From Somniosus microcephalus (lineage: Eukaryota): a DNA stretch of 64,000 nucleotides. The translations under genes were made by a program, and so were the position numbers. The notes under the pieces were generated by a model, which saw only the letters and a program-made list of their open reading frames with translations, was not told the origin of the DNA and did not search any database. The stretch covers positions 29,140,001-29,204,000 of the forward strand of contig CM126230.1 in NCBI GenBank assembly GCA_052327205.1. Reading direction: 5' to 3'. Shown piece after piece: positions 1-12,543 of this stretch. Positions within the stretch are counted from its first letter, which is position 1, and every line of letters starts with the position of its first letter.

Positions 1-299
1 TAAAGAAATGAGGACTTGAATCAAGTTTGTACCTAGATTAAATCATATTTGTACAATTACCCACTTTCCAATAATTTATTGCCTTAGTGACTATTGAGCA
101 GGACTAGCTTCGGCGATTTGTTGGACTTGGATCCCCTGCAAGAGCTCCTGTGTGATCCACCCATCCCTACATCTGATTGAAAAATAGTGCTACAATACTT
201 GGGACCTACAACATACAGCTCCCAGAGAATTCCAGAAATTTTCATATAAAATACAATTTTTAAGGCATATTTGTGGAAAACTATAACAGACTATTCACA

Positions 300-802
300 C
301 GCTCTCAATTCTCACATATCTACACCCTCTCGCTTGCAGCCACCTCATCATCTCTCTCTCATTCTCAATCCTCTCACTTTCTCTCTCTCACTCATCTCTC
401 TCACCATGTCTCTCACACTCACCGTCTCTCACATACTCACAATCCACTCGTCATCTCTCTCTCACTCACCATCTCTCTCTCACTCACCATTTCTCTCACA
501 CTTAACATCTCTTTCACACTCTCAATCCTCTCACCATCTTTCTCTCACTCACCACCATCTCTCTCTCACCCACCACCATCTCTCACCCACCACCATCTCT
601 CTCTCACCCACCACCATCTCTCTCTCACCCACCACCATCTCTCTCACCCACCACCATCTCTCTCTCACCCACCACCATCTCTCTCTCACCCACCACCATC
701 TCTCTCTCACCCACCACCATCTCTCTCTCACCCACCACCATCTCTCTCTCACCCACCACCATCTCTCTCTCACCCACCACCATCTCTCTCTCACCCACCA
801 CC
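300..802. repeat. C/T-rich minisatellite, ~21-bp unit CACCCACCACCATCTCTCTCT
   Basis: Near-perfect tandem units at ~545-802, degrading leftwards into CTCTCAC-rich sequence; explains the repetitive ORFs 271..890. Confidence 0.95.
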
Positions 803-816
803 GTCTCGCTATCTCT

Positions 817-1000
817 CTTGCATTTATATAGCACCTTTAATGTTGCAAAAACTTCCCAAGGCGTTTCACAGGAGGGTAATCATCAAATAAATTGACACTG
901 AGCCAAAGAAGGTGGCATTAGGACAGGTGACAAAAGCTTGGCCAAAGAGGTAGGTTTTAAGGAACATCTTAAAGGAGGAGAGCGAGGCGGAGAAGTTTAG
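817..1000 (-). mobile_element. L2-type LINE 3' end fragment
   Basis: Minus strand ends GTGCTATATAAATGCAAG; related copies at ~31757-32005, 37388-37570 and 46408-46474. Confidence 0.75.
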
Positions 1001-2779
1001 CAACCTATTATTTATACATTCTATACAGTGCTTTACCTGTGGGAAGGGAAAAAAAAGTTGTGACTTAACATTTACAAGCTATGGGAGGAAGACAATTTGC
1101 ACATAGCACTTGTTAATCTATTCTCTTTGGTAATGTTCAAGTGTCAAGCTTTCTTTATCATCATGAGAGTGGGACTGTAATTACAGTGAAAGCATAAATC
1201 ATTTTCGGATGCCTATTGGAAAAAGTATAATTGCAATGAAGTTTTGTCTTTTAAGTTAACTAGTACGGCACATGATGTTTAATTAATCCTGCAGCAGCTG
1301 TGTCAGACATGCAAGATGGCTGGTAATCAGCCATTCCATTTTAAAGCAATAACACTTTTCCCTTCATTATTTTCCCTCCGCTATATAAATACAAGTTGTT
1401 GTTGTTATTATGGTGGAGGTGAAAAAATGCACGTCTTCAGCGCATCTTGCTTATGTCTTGGGCCTTTGACACGAAAGGCATAGAAGCATCTTTCTTCTGG
1501 CGGTGACCCATTGATTAGTAAGACCCAGCCTGATCCTGACACTTTAAAAGCTCAGTTGATCTGTCAGCTTGCGCCAGCAACATCATTCCCCTCCACCCCA
1601 ATCTAATTACACTGAACAAGTGACAAAGGTAACGAGACCAGTCTATCCACAATGTCAGTCTTGCACTGGGTAAACTAATTTGCTTCAGGTTTGTGTGTTT
1701 GAAAAAGCAAAGGAGGATTTGAACATTTAAAGACATGGCACAAAGCCAGATAAGGGGGAGGCTGGGAATGATCCACAGTCAGTAATTGGAGCAGTTTTAC
1801 TTTGTGTGAGCTAGCCTCTGTATAGCTTGGCCAAAGCCTGTGATAAGTTGAGGGAATCTGCTGACATTGAAGACCGTTTGAAGTTGGGTATTGCAAAAAG
1901 AACAAGGGGCTCCTCAGCTCCTTCCCACCTTCCACACACCAGTCAATGGGTGGTCTCCAGAGCAGCTCTTCTTCCATGGCAGCAGTGATTGTTTACTGCT
2001 GTGGGACTGCAGCTCTAATATCCAAGAGATACAAGTCTGGGAAAACATAGGTATCTTAAGATAAACAACTTTCAAATTAAAAGAATCTTAAATAAAGCTC
2101 AGCTGCTGTGTTTGTCCGATGGCAATGCTTGTAATTCTTGCTTCTCACCTGAATGGAAAGTGCCTGCAGGGGCCGCATCAGTTACCTGCTGACATGCTGA
2201 AAATGATTGATGAGTTGCCTCAGGCGCTGGAGTATACTTTGTCAACCACTCATAATTTATACATCTTATCTCTGTCAGAACAAAAGACAGGATGGTGCTC
2301 ATGGAAACGGTGGCTGTTTGGGTTATTGAGTTCAGTACAAACTGATAATTTTGATATCCGTCTGCTAGCTCCCTCATCAGGCCTCGCCAGTTTGTCTCCA
2401 TTCCTGGACTGTATAAACTGAAGTTCTGATTAAAGCATTGGCAGCTGGTTCTGGGAAGTGTAGCTCTATTTATATGAGGCGCAAGGTGCTTTTTCTTAGC
2501 AGCAAATAAATGAAATGAAGGATAATACCTACCTGTCACTATAATACAAGGCAATTAACTATCTGAGGATTTGAGATGATGTTCTCAATTGTACAATGGT
2601 CTATAAATCCCATCATCTGACCCCGAGATTTGATTATCTCCATAAATTCACTCAAATGTATCTTCTCTTTTGTCATATTTATCTCTCGGAGCAATGTTTT
2701 GTTTAAAAATGTATTCTTTACACTTACAGAAAGTCTGTTTCTTTTTGTGGAGGTATTCCAATGTTGTTTTAAGATCCAT

Positions 2780-3060
2780 GGTCTATGTTGAGTTAACTAA
2801 TCTCATTTTGGGTGCAGCATAGGCACCACTGGGTCTGGGAGGGAGAAAACATCAGTCAGGAGTTTTTCTATTGATAACTGCAATGACCCCTGCTGAAAAG
2901 TTTGTGTGTGGACGTCAGTGAGGACAGTATTGGTCTCAACTATGATTAACCGCAACCCCACCTCCACCCCATCAAGCCATACAAAATGGTGGTTGGCTGA
3001 AACAGCTTTCAGTTGTGGAACTGTGCACCCAACATGATACTTGACCCTTCAGGAGAAGAA
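2780..3060 (+). mobile_element. Old SINE-like interspersed repeat (family X)
   Basis: Motifs GGTCT.TG.TGAGTTA.CTAATCTC, GGGAGGG.AAAA.TCAG.CAGG and TGACCCCTGCTGAAAAG recur at 17280, 18775(-), 27185, 41735(-) and ~45850. Confidence 0.6.
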
Positions 3061-3540
3061 AAAACTATAAGGCTTTTGAAAAGTCAAATTAGTGACGTGA
3101 TTTAGCACACAGGATGTTACACATGTTCTGATTCATGACTTGAGTGTACATTGGATTCCACAACTTGCAGTGTCAATTGATCCCCTTGCCTCCACCCATT
3201 TATAGATTATTACAGACAAATTCATTATCTGTTCATAATAAATCTTTGATCTCCGCCAGGGGGATCACAAGTAGAATGTACACTTTCTGCGAAGGGTTGA
3301 CCGCAATAGTATTCCTTTGCTGCTATGAATTGAGTCTTACTCGGGTACTTGAGCACTGATCCGCATTCATGTACGTCATTCAAAAATGTTGCCAGAAAAG
3401 TCAAATGCCTGTTCCAAATGGTAAGCATCAATCTCCCAATATATAAAAAGCTCAGTAACTATTGTCAGTCTTTTTTCCTCAATTGTGCATTGGTCAGCTC
3501 TATGCTATTCTTGATTTTGACATCAATGTAATTGTAATAT

Positions 3541-4003
3541 GGGGTATGGTTGCATAGTGGTTATGTTACTGGACTAATAATCCAGAGACAACATGAGTTC
3601 AAATCCCACCATGACAGCTGGGAAATTTAAATGAAGCTAATTAAATAAATCTGGAATTAAAAAACTAGTATCAGTAATGGTGACCACGAAGCTACCAGAT
3701 TGTTGGAAAACCCAACTGGTTCACCTTTAGGGAAAGAAATTTGCCATCCTTACCTGGTCTGGCCTATATGTGACTCCAGACCCACAGCAATGTGGTTGAC
3801 TCTTAACTGCACTCTGAAGTGGCCCAGCTAGTCACTCAGTTGTACCAAACCGCTGTGACAAAGTCAGCACTGTGGGAGTCTCTTCACCACGCAGGCTGCA
3901 GCGGTTCAAGAAGACAGCTCATCACCACCTTCTCGAGAGCAATTAGGGATGGGCAATAAATACCAGCCTTGCCAGCGATGCCCACATCCCATGAACGAGT
4001 AAA
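3541..4003 (+). mobile_element. tRNA-derived SINE with LINE-derived tail
   Basis: A-box-like TGGTTGCATAGTGG and B-box GAGTTCAAATCCC; 3' end CCTTGCCAGCGATGCCCACATCCC matches the 3' end of the LINE at 35181 (minus). Confidence 0.8.
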
Positions 4004-4325
4004 CTTTCCTTTTATTCCTGTCCCATTCCCTGAGAGGTGTGTAAGAAAATACTTGTGTCTGTTTGCTGAGTAGAATTACATTACATCTCTGCTTAGTTGA
4101 GTGCTAACTTGCTGCCTCTGATGCTTAAAAACAACTGATCAGATTTTAATTGGGTTCCTTCTGCGAACTGTTCACATATCTATAATTTGGACATGTAACT
4201 GTTATAATTCCTACCATCTTTCTTGGGATTCTCAACAGATGCCATCTTGACTAGCTAAGAGCATAAGTGAGATGCAGGTAAAGAAGTAGCACATGGTTTC
4301 TTTTAAAGAAACTTAACAGATTGGA

Positions 4326-4486
4326 ATCATAGAATGGTTACAGAACAGAAAGAGGCCATTCAGCCTGTTGAGCCTATGCTGGCTCTCCGCAAGAGCACTT
4401 CAGCTAGTCACACTCCTCCGTAGCCCTGCAAATTTTTTTCCTTCATAGATTCAAAGAATGGTTACAGCACAGAAGGAGGCCATTCA
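4326..4486 (-). mobile_element. Two short CR1 LINE 3' end fragments
   Basis: Two AGAATGGTTACAG.ACAGAA.GAGGCCATTC motifs, the CR1 3' UTR reverse complement also seen at 8856. Confidence 0.7.
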
Positions 4487-4869
4487 AAGCAGTCTTGCTG
4501 GCTTTTCAAAACTTTCATCTTATACAAACTTAGCCCTCCTATAGAAAGACAGCCTCACACGACATATATATTTATAAATAAACTGAAAGGTTACAGGCTC
4601 CTGTTCCTTGGAAAGGATGTGCTAGGAAGTGTTATAGAAGCCAAAGAGTTTCATTCACAATCCAATATAAGAAAATATATACTGCGACAAAGTTCTTGAA
4701 CAGGAGGGTGATACAGTCTTGTTAATGGGCTTGCTGTTATTAAATGGCAAAACAATTGTTCCAGAAGTGAAGTTTTCCCAGTGGTCCTGCTTTTTTAGCA
4801 CAGGAGACGATCGTCAGTCGAGGGCCTTCTGCTCCCATAGCAGGGACACTTGGCTTTGGGGTGTTGGCC

Positions 4870-5100
4870 TTGAGCCAGTGATAGCGCTCTCACCTCTTGA
4901 GTCGGAAGGTTGTGGATTCAAGCCACACTTTAGGACTTGATCACAATCTGGCCTGATATTTCTGTGCTGTACTTGGAGGGCTGCATTATTGGAGGTGTTG
5001 TCCTGTCTGCCTGTTCAAATGGATATGAAAGATCCCTTGGCACTATTTGAAAAAGAAAGGCAGGGAGTCATCCTAACCACCATTTCTCCTCCAACCAATC
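4870..5100 (+). mobile_element. Deu-domain tRNA-SINE (SacSINE1/AmnSINE1-like), degenerate
   Basis: tRNA-like head (GAAGGTTGTGGATTCAAGCC) plus AAAGATCCCTTGGCACTATTTGAA; aligns to the full copy at 52811-53272. Confidence 0.75.
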
Positions 5101-6254
5101 TCTGCTGGCAGTCCAGCCAAAGAGACATCCACAGGTCAGTTTTACAGTATTATTGTGAGACCGGGCGGAGCAGGACTGCTCCTCTGGGCTCCGTAAAACC
5201 AGCCTGGGTTGCTGCTGCTATGGATTCTCCCTCCCAAGATCAGACTCCTCCCACGGACCTACCTTCCAAGCCTGGAGGTTAGCTGGGCTGCCCGACATGG
5301 CCGCGGCCCAGTGGCGGTGGGCTGTCCCGGGCTGCTCGACTTCTTCTGCCCGCAGCTCTTTTGGCCAAATGTTAATGAGACCTGGCCCTGAAAAAGGACC
5401 AAGTGCCTGGCCAGAACTTTTGGTTGATGGTTGGCCTCCTGAAGTGCACACCGGGGAGAATTTTCTCCATTATGTCAACATAGTCCCATTCATTTTGACA
5501 ATTGCAGGAAATGGCTTCTAACAACCCACACCCAAAGGGGGCACAGTAGCCAGTTTAATTGGCAGCTCTATTAGCCAAACATCAGATGGCAGTAGTGTAA
5601 GACATCATCTGCTAATTCCTTCACCAGAAGGAAGGGAAACAACAAAAACTGACATGTGCAGGTTAGTCAGGATGGTCTGGTCAGAGAAAGACAATAAAAG
5701 CAGTTTATGGTAAGACTAATGCCAATAAACTTATGTAAGCTGTGATCTTTTTCAATGTTAAAACAAAGTAAAAACAAGAGTATTTAGCCAACTAACCCGT
5801 ATGGGAGGTGTGGTTTATTATTTTTTATATTGTGGAGCAGAAGTTTTAAGTTAAGTGAACAAATTAAGTTATGTTATAACAGCACGTTCATGCTGTCTGT
5901 AAAACAAGGTAGCTTAATTGTTTGTATCTGGCCTCATCTTACTGAAAAGTTTTCAAACTACCTACTTGGAGTATCATGCATGAGAGTTTGTGTGAATGAC
6001 ATGGTATCTCATTCAGATCACAAAGGGCTACAGTTGTTATGCCCCCGAGTTGTGCTACTGTATGTTTTAAATATTGAGTGGTACAGGCACAGTTCTGAAC
6101 CAAAGACACTGAGACTGCTTACAGGAGTGGTCAACACCACTGAGCTTGAGAGATGGGTAATCTTTTCTTTAACAAAATGTTACGTATAAAGATGAGTAAA
6201 CGATTCTTTCTTATAATAAATTGTGAGTCTGTCTAAGGCCGAGCTGAAGTTTAT

Positions 6255-6665
6255 AGAGGGTGGAGGATGGGAGGCCAGCCAGAAGAGAATCACAATAGTC
6301 GAGTTTGGAAGTGACTAAGGCACGAATAACGGTTTCTGCAGCACATGGGCTGAGGCAGGGCAGATATGGGCAGTGTTGCAGAGGTGGATATAGGCATTTT
6401 TTGCAAGGTCAGAAGCTCAGCTTGGGGTCATATACAATGCTGAGTTTGCGAACAGTGGTTCAGTCTGAGACGGTGGCCAGGGATGGGGATGGAATTGGTG
6501 GCGAGGATATGGAGATTATGGCGGAGGCCAAACATGATGGCATTGGTCTTCCCACTGTTTAACCAGAAGAAATTGCCGCTCTTACAGGACTGGATATTAG
6601 ACAAGCTGTCTGACAGCACAGAGGCAATGGACGGGTCATTGTGGTGGTGGAGAGGTAGATCTGGT
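6255..6665 (-). mobile_element. L2 LINE reverse-transcriptase fragment
   Basis: ORF 6428..6619 LSDSLSNIQS..NFFWLNSGKTNAIMFG resembles the post-YADD region of L2 RT. Confidence 0.75.
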
Positions 6666-8855
6666 TTTCCTTTTTGCCTTTGTATTTTGTTACACCTGTG
6701 TGTTTTTTTTTGTTATCGTTTTAAATTAATTTTTTTCACTGTAACTTCCTTGGTTTCCCCATGCTGCATACCATCTACACTAAAAAGGGCAGCTGGGCAG
6801 GAGATCTATTCAAAGACTTTTGCCAGTATTTTTCTGTTAGGAGGTGGAGGGGGCAGGGGAATGGGATTTAAGAAGACATTTACTGCTTTTCATTAGTTTA
6901 TTTCAGCATTGCAGTTGTCCTAGCAAATAATATGATTATAATAGTAAAAAAGTTTCCATTCAAATTCACTGTTTGGGTGAAACTTTTGAACACTTTCTTA
7001 TGACTGTTTTATTTTACTGAAAAAAAAACTTTTTGCAGACTACACAAATGCTTACTATCCAATACTGAACATAGAACCCTGCATTTATTAGAGAAAAATA
7101 GTTTTTGCTGATCCTTCATTTATATTAGCCACATTTTGACTTTGATAAATGATTATTGAGAAATCTTTAACAGACTTCTTTTAAGTGAAAAGTGAATTAA
7201 TGGCAATGCACAGAGTTGTAGTTAGAGGTGATCATAGAATGGATAAACTGTATATTTCCTGGGTTTTGGCCTCTGTCCATGAGAGCTTGTGCATCTAAAT
7301 GACAGTATTATGCTGCCAAGGACATTGCTTATTGTGGGTAATGTGTGGCTCATTCTAAGTGGGAATTAGGTGCAGTAATTTTCCATACTGCAATACCCCG
7401 ACCCATTACCAAAGTCAAAGAATGTTGTAATATGCTGTTGCTTAAGCATCTGTTAAGTCTTTAGTGAACCTTTCTATTACAATTATCTAAATACGGACCC
7501 ACTGGGCATACAGATTAGATAGGATAAACTGCAGGAATGCCTAAATCTGGAGACCTAGCTCAGAAAGTTGCATGCTATTTGAGCTATGCTGTCTTGCTTT
7601 TAGATCTGATATTTTGTTGAAGTTGTGGGATTTTTGTTTAATCACTGTGCAGCTAATAAAAGGCAAAGCTTTACGGACTTCCACATCATAGAATTTCTAA
7701 GATATATATGCAAACGTGCAATCATGTACTTAAAACAAGGGGGAAAAGGGTGCAGTAAACACGCTCTGAGGCATGCAATTTTGTATTTATGTCTTTTGGA
7801 ACAAGACATAAAATGTAATGCAGTAAATAAGCATGTTTTATTTATGTGCAAATATTCTGCAGTGCATGTACTGATCTATAATGTTTGGGGGAGAAATAGC
7901 AGAATGAACTGCACTGAGTGATGAAGTACTTATTTAAAAAGAAATTTTCCTCAAAACAAAATTCTTGCACAAAATCAGTGATACTTGCATTTATCACTGC
8001 ACTTCAGAGCTTCACAGCTAGTTCTTAAAATGCATAAACTCTTGCAAATGGAGTGCTTTATTTTGTCAAGCATTCTTGTATGCGAGCGAGAAATTATTGT
8101 TTTAATCTGAAAAATTTATAACGATAGTTTGTAAGTATGCCTCAGCCTGTAACACTATTATGCTAAATCTACATTTTGGAAATATCATGTTTATGCAGCT
8201 GAGTGTAACACTTTCCAACAGTGGTAGCAAATCAATAATTGCATCATAGATCATGCTTTTTCATTTTTTAATAGGCTATACATTCAAGGTAACTAGATTG
8301 TAAAGTGTGCAGATATCTTTATAACACCCTTTATATTTTTTTTAGTGAGATGTAAACATATCAAATGAAAATCAATATTCATCTTTTCAAGACTTACACT
8401 TCAAATAAACTGGAAAAGTCTAAACATTGTTGTACTGTTTGTTTAAATAGCCAGAAATGTGGCCATAAAAATAAAAAGCTTTAAGTGTTATTGAGTTACT
8501 TTGAAACCAAAGCTGGACTAGAATAGAAACATCTATATGGGGGAAGATGATTTGCTTTTAAACATGTTTATGTAATTAGTAATGTTCTTAATTCAGTAAA
8601 TACCCAAGCCACTCAAGGTTTTCCAACATCGCTAGAAGTAATTATCAGGTAAACATGTGGATGAGTCCACTTGACTGCATTCATTTCAATTATGCAATAT
8701 AAGATGTGTATGTGAACCTCAAATTCTGGCCTATGCTACTCAAAATAACTGATTGTAAATGATTAGTTGTGTTATGTATATTGTAAACACAATTACTCAA
8801 TGCTGCTGTTAGCTTAAGGCATTTCTCTTCAGCACCCATATATATCATGACTTCG

Positions 8856-9437
8856 AATCGTAGAATCTTACAGCACAGAAGGAGGTCAATTGGCTCATCG
8901 TATCTGTGCTGGCTCTTTGAAAATTAAGTCCCACACCCTCACTTTTTCCCCATAACCCTGTAAATTAGTCCTCTTCAAGTACATGTCCATTTGCCCTTTG
9001 AAAGTTACTATGGAATCTGATTCCACCATTCTTTCAGGTATTCCAAATCTTAACTCTCTGTGTGAAGAAATTTCTTCTCATTTCCCCTCTAGTTCTTTTG
9101 GCAATTATTTTAAATCTATGACCCCTGGTTACCAACCTACTTGCCAGAGGAAATAGTTTCTCCCTACTTGCTCTATCAAAACCCCATATAATTTTGAATA
9201 CCTCTATTACGTCTCCCCTTAAACTTCTCTGCTCTAAGGAGAACAGTCCCAGCTTCTCCAATCTCTCCACATAACTGAACTCCCTCATCCCTGGTAGCAT
9301 CCTGGTAAAGCTCCTCTGTACCCTCTCCAGGGCCTTGACATCCTTCCTAAAGTGTGGTGCCCAGAATTGTACACAATACTCCAGCTGAGGCCTAACCAGT
9401 GATTTGTAAAGGTTTAGCATGACTTCTTTGTTTTTGT
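8856..9437 (-). mobile_element. CR1 LINE, 5'-truncated (ORF2 C-terminus plus 3' UTR)
   Basis: ORF 9034..9420 LYKSLVRPQLEYCVQFWAPH..LERVQR..TRGH..FFTQRV. Confidence 0.95.
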
Positions 9438-9499
9438 GTGACGTGGCAATTTGTTGCCACCATTGTGTTGGTGCTCAATTTCTCAGCCCCAGTGTTGAA

Positions 9500-10283
9500 T
9501 GAAAAGCCACGTTGTCCTGTTAAATATTGGGAAGACAGAAGCCAATGTGTTTGACCTGCACCTCAAACTGTACCCTTGCCACCAGCTCCACCCCACCCCC
9601 CCACCATGACCTCAGTCAAAACCACCTCGGCATTCTATTCAACCCTGAATTAAGCTTCCAACCCAATAATCTCTTCAATCTCAAAGACTATCATCTTCCA
9701 TCTCTGTCACATTGCCTTCCTCTGTTCCTACTTCAGCCTGTCTGCCGCTAAAACATTAATCTATACCTTGATCACCACCAGACTCCACTACTCCAATGCT
9801 TTCTTTGCTCCTCTCTCTTGCACCCTCCATAAACTCCAACTTGTCTTAAATTCTGTATCCTGTCTTGTACTAATTCGCGCTTGTGGATCACACACCCATC
9901 CTACACTTGGCTCCCCATCCTGCACTGCCGTAAATTCAAAATTTTCATCCTTTTTTAAAATCCCACCAGGGCATCAGCTACCCTATGTCCAGCACCTCCA
10001 TCGCTATATCACCCTTGAAACTTGACATTCTTCTGACCCTTCCTATCAGCCCACCACTGGTGGCAGAGGTTTCAGTCATCTGCTTCCTACTCTCTGAACT
10101 TCCTTCCCTAAACCCCTCTTTTTCTCTCTCTCCTTCAAAAATTCCCTCCAAATCCACCTCAACCAGAGTTTGTTCACCCCTTCTAAACTTCCCTTCCCTG
10201 GCTTGGCATCTGTTTTCCAGACACTTATCTAGGAAGCGCTTTGGGATGTTCTTTAAAGGTATTATATAAATTCAAGTTGTTGC
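9500..10283 (+). mobile_element. Degenerate L2 LINE 3' part
   Basis: HLGILFNPELSF and ITTRLHYSNA..LHKLQLVLNS peptides; tail TATATAAATTCAAGTTGTTG. Confidence 0.75.
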
Positions 10284-10295
10284 CACTTTGTATTA

Positions 10296-10768
10296 CAGGT
10301 AGACTGCCCTTTATCCGAACTTCCGAAAACCGAAACCCTCTAAAAACCGAAGGTTTTCTCGGTCAGCGTAAGTCGTGCGCACGACATGACCAGAGTGGCG
10401 CACGACTTACGCTGAGCAGGGCAGAGTGTCACTGAGTTCCCTCCTGGGTAGGAGATTGCAGGCCTAGCCGGATAAGGGATAGTGTAGCATTTTTCCGCAC
10501 TTCTGAAAACCGAAATCGTTCAGCGTAAGTCGTGCGCACGACCCCGACCCCCGCCGACCCCGACACCGACCCCCGACCCCCCCGCCGACCCCGACCCCCG
10601 CCGCCCCCACCCTTTCGGATAAGGGATAGTGTATCCTTTATCCGCACTCCTGAAAACCGAATTACTCTGAAAACCGAAGTGTTTTCGCTCGCCTTCCGAA
10701 ATCCGAAATTTTCCGAAAACCGAAACACGGCTGGTCCCGAGGTTTTCGGATAAAGGATAGTCTACCTG
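10296..10768. mobile_element. Tc1/mariner (Tigger/pogo-like) MITE
   Basis: TA TSDs at 10294-95 and 10769-70; ~24-bp TIR CAGGTAGACT..CCTTTATCCGAA; repeated subterminal CCGAAAACCGAA; internal (CGACCC)n. Confidence 0.9.
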
Positions 10769-11729
10769 TAATGCAAAGCAGCTTCAGTTTTATGTCAGCA
10801 GAAAAGTGCAGTAAATAAATGCACCCTTGCTCAACACAGAGCAGGAAATGACACTGTAACCTTCTTCCTGATCTGGATTGCTTAGCACCACACCACAAAT
10901 TGCATTTCCCCATTGAACAATTAGAGTAGACCATAGCTTCATGCTTATAATACTTGAAGCACAGCTACATTTTTGTGACATTATCAAATTCTCCCTGACT
11001 ACACCTCACATTTGCCCTGCTGTCAGATCTTTGCCAATACCACTCTCAGCTAGCCCCAAGAGGCTGGGCAACAGGAATGATTCTAAGTCCATTTTTTCAT
11101 CTTGTATGCCAAGGTGCCTAACCTCCGCTCAACACTTCCCCAGTGCATTACAAATAGAGCAACATGGTAGATTTAGGCTGTGGATCTGTCCGTACCACTT
11201 TGCTGTGCCACTCTGTGCACGATGACCACTGTTTTATGCTGCATTTATTTGCAGTCACTCGTTGAAGATTGGTAGCTGTGATATTTCCAACTGGACTTGC
11301 ACTCCTGCCCAGGAGCGAGCTCTGCTCAAGTGTTGCACATGTGTAAAATTTAAATGTTCAGAGAATATATGCACTGTTTAAACATGTAAATTAATTTCAG
11401 CTCTGGTTTAAAGATGTCTGTGAGAATTTTTAAAATCTGGCTTGTGGCCACACTTGAGTTGCGCTTCATTGCAGAGTGAGACCAAAGTATGCTGTAGGGA
11501 GTCTCTCACTATTTCTCTTTGCACTTAGTTGGGCCCTGAGTCAGGATTTACACCACAGCTTTGACATCACTGCAACTTCAGAATTGCTGCATAGTGGAAA
11601 CTGTTTCACTGAGATGCTGAAGTTGCGGTATAAATGCAACAATGGTTTATTTCAAAATTGTCTAAGTGTTTGGTCTTCAGACCATATAACGTGCTTCTCC
11701 ATGATGACCCTCAAAATTTAGCACTAATT

Positions 11730-12543
11730 GGGGTAGATTTTGCCGAACCTGTCGGGAAGAAGGCGGGACTTCCCCTTTCGGGTTTTTGACTCGTCTACTT
11801 CGACGCCCGGCCAATCCGCGCGATTTTCCCTTGATTGATCTTGTTGAGCCCGCCCAGCGGGCTCAGCAGGCCAATTAAGGGCCACCCGGCAACAGGTGAT
11901 GTCACAGACTGACAGATGAAGCATCAGTGTCTCACAGCTGTTTGAAGCTGTGTGAAACACTGACACTCTGAGTTCTAAGCTGAGTCATTCTGCACAGACT
12001 CAGTTAGAACTCTTACCGGCACTCAAAGCTGAAAAGGCTGTCACTTTTGACAGATTGCAGCCGTTCAGCTTTCAGTTCCGGCTGAGTGATGCGCTCCCGA
12101 CGGCTACAGGAAGAAAGGATGTTAAGGTAAGTAAAACTTCCTTACACACTTTAGACACACCAAACACACTTACCTTTGCACTCATGCACCCATCACTCAC
12201 CTGAGTGCCGACATCGCGACCCCTCCAACTCCTTCAACCCGACGGCCCGCCTGCTCTACCTGGCGTGGTTTGGAGCCGTCGGGAAACCCACACGAAACCC
12301 CTCAAAATAGGGATTAGGCTAAAAACTGCCTGTTAACTACCTGTTAACAGGCAGTTAATTGGCACTAATCCCTTCCCGCCTGGTTTCGGCGGGTCCCAGT
12401 GCCGGGCGGGTCCCTGCCGCCCCTGAAACTTACGTGGGGTGGGGTTTTGGGCGGGATGGTGTCGGGACCCCCAAATTCGGGATTCCCCCCCCCCCCCACA
12501 CACGCCTGAAACCCCGCCTGACGGCGCCCCGAAAATCTAGCCC
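11730..12543. mobile_element. PIF/Harbinger MITE, family A
   Basis: TIRs GGGGTAGATTTT / AAAATCTAGCCC, TSD ATT; reverse-complement homologue of 21055-21876 and 44008-44791. Confidence 0.85.

Noticed and set aside
271-890. 186-205 aa His/Ser/Pro-rich ORFs
   Set aside because: Translation of a 21-bp minisatellite, open in several frames on both strands.
2099-2554. Overlapping 100-aa and 151-aa ORFs
   Set aside because: No recognisable domain or splice structure; plausible by chance.
10296-10768. Recurrent CCGAAAACCGAA units as a CRISPR-like array
   Set aside because: Irregular spacing, inside TIRs with TA TSD, eukaryotic context, no cas genes.
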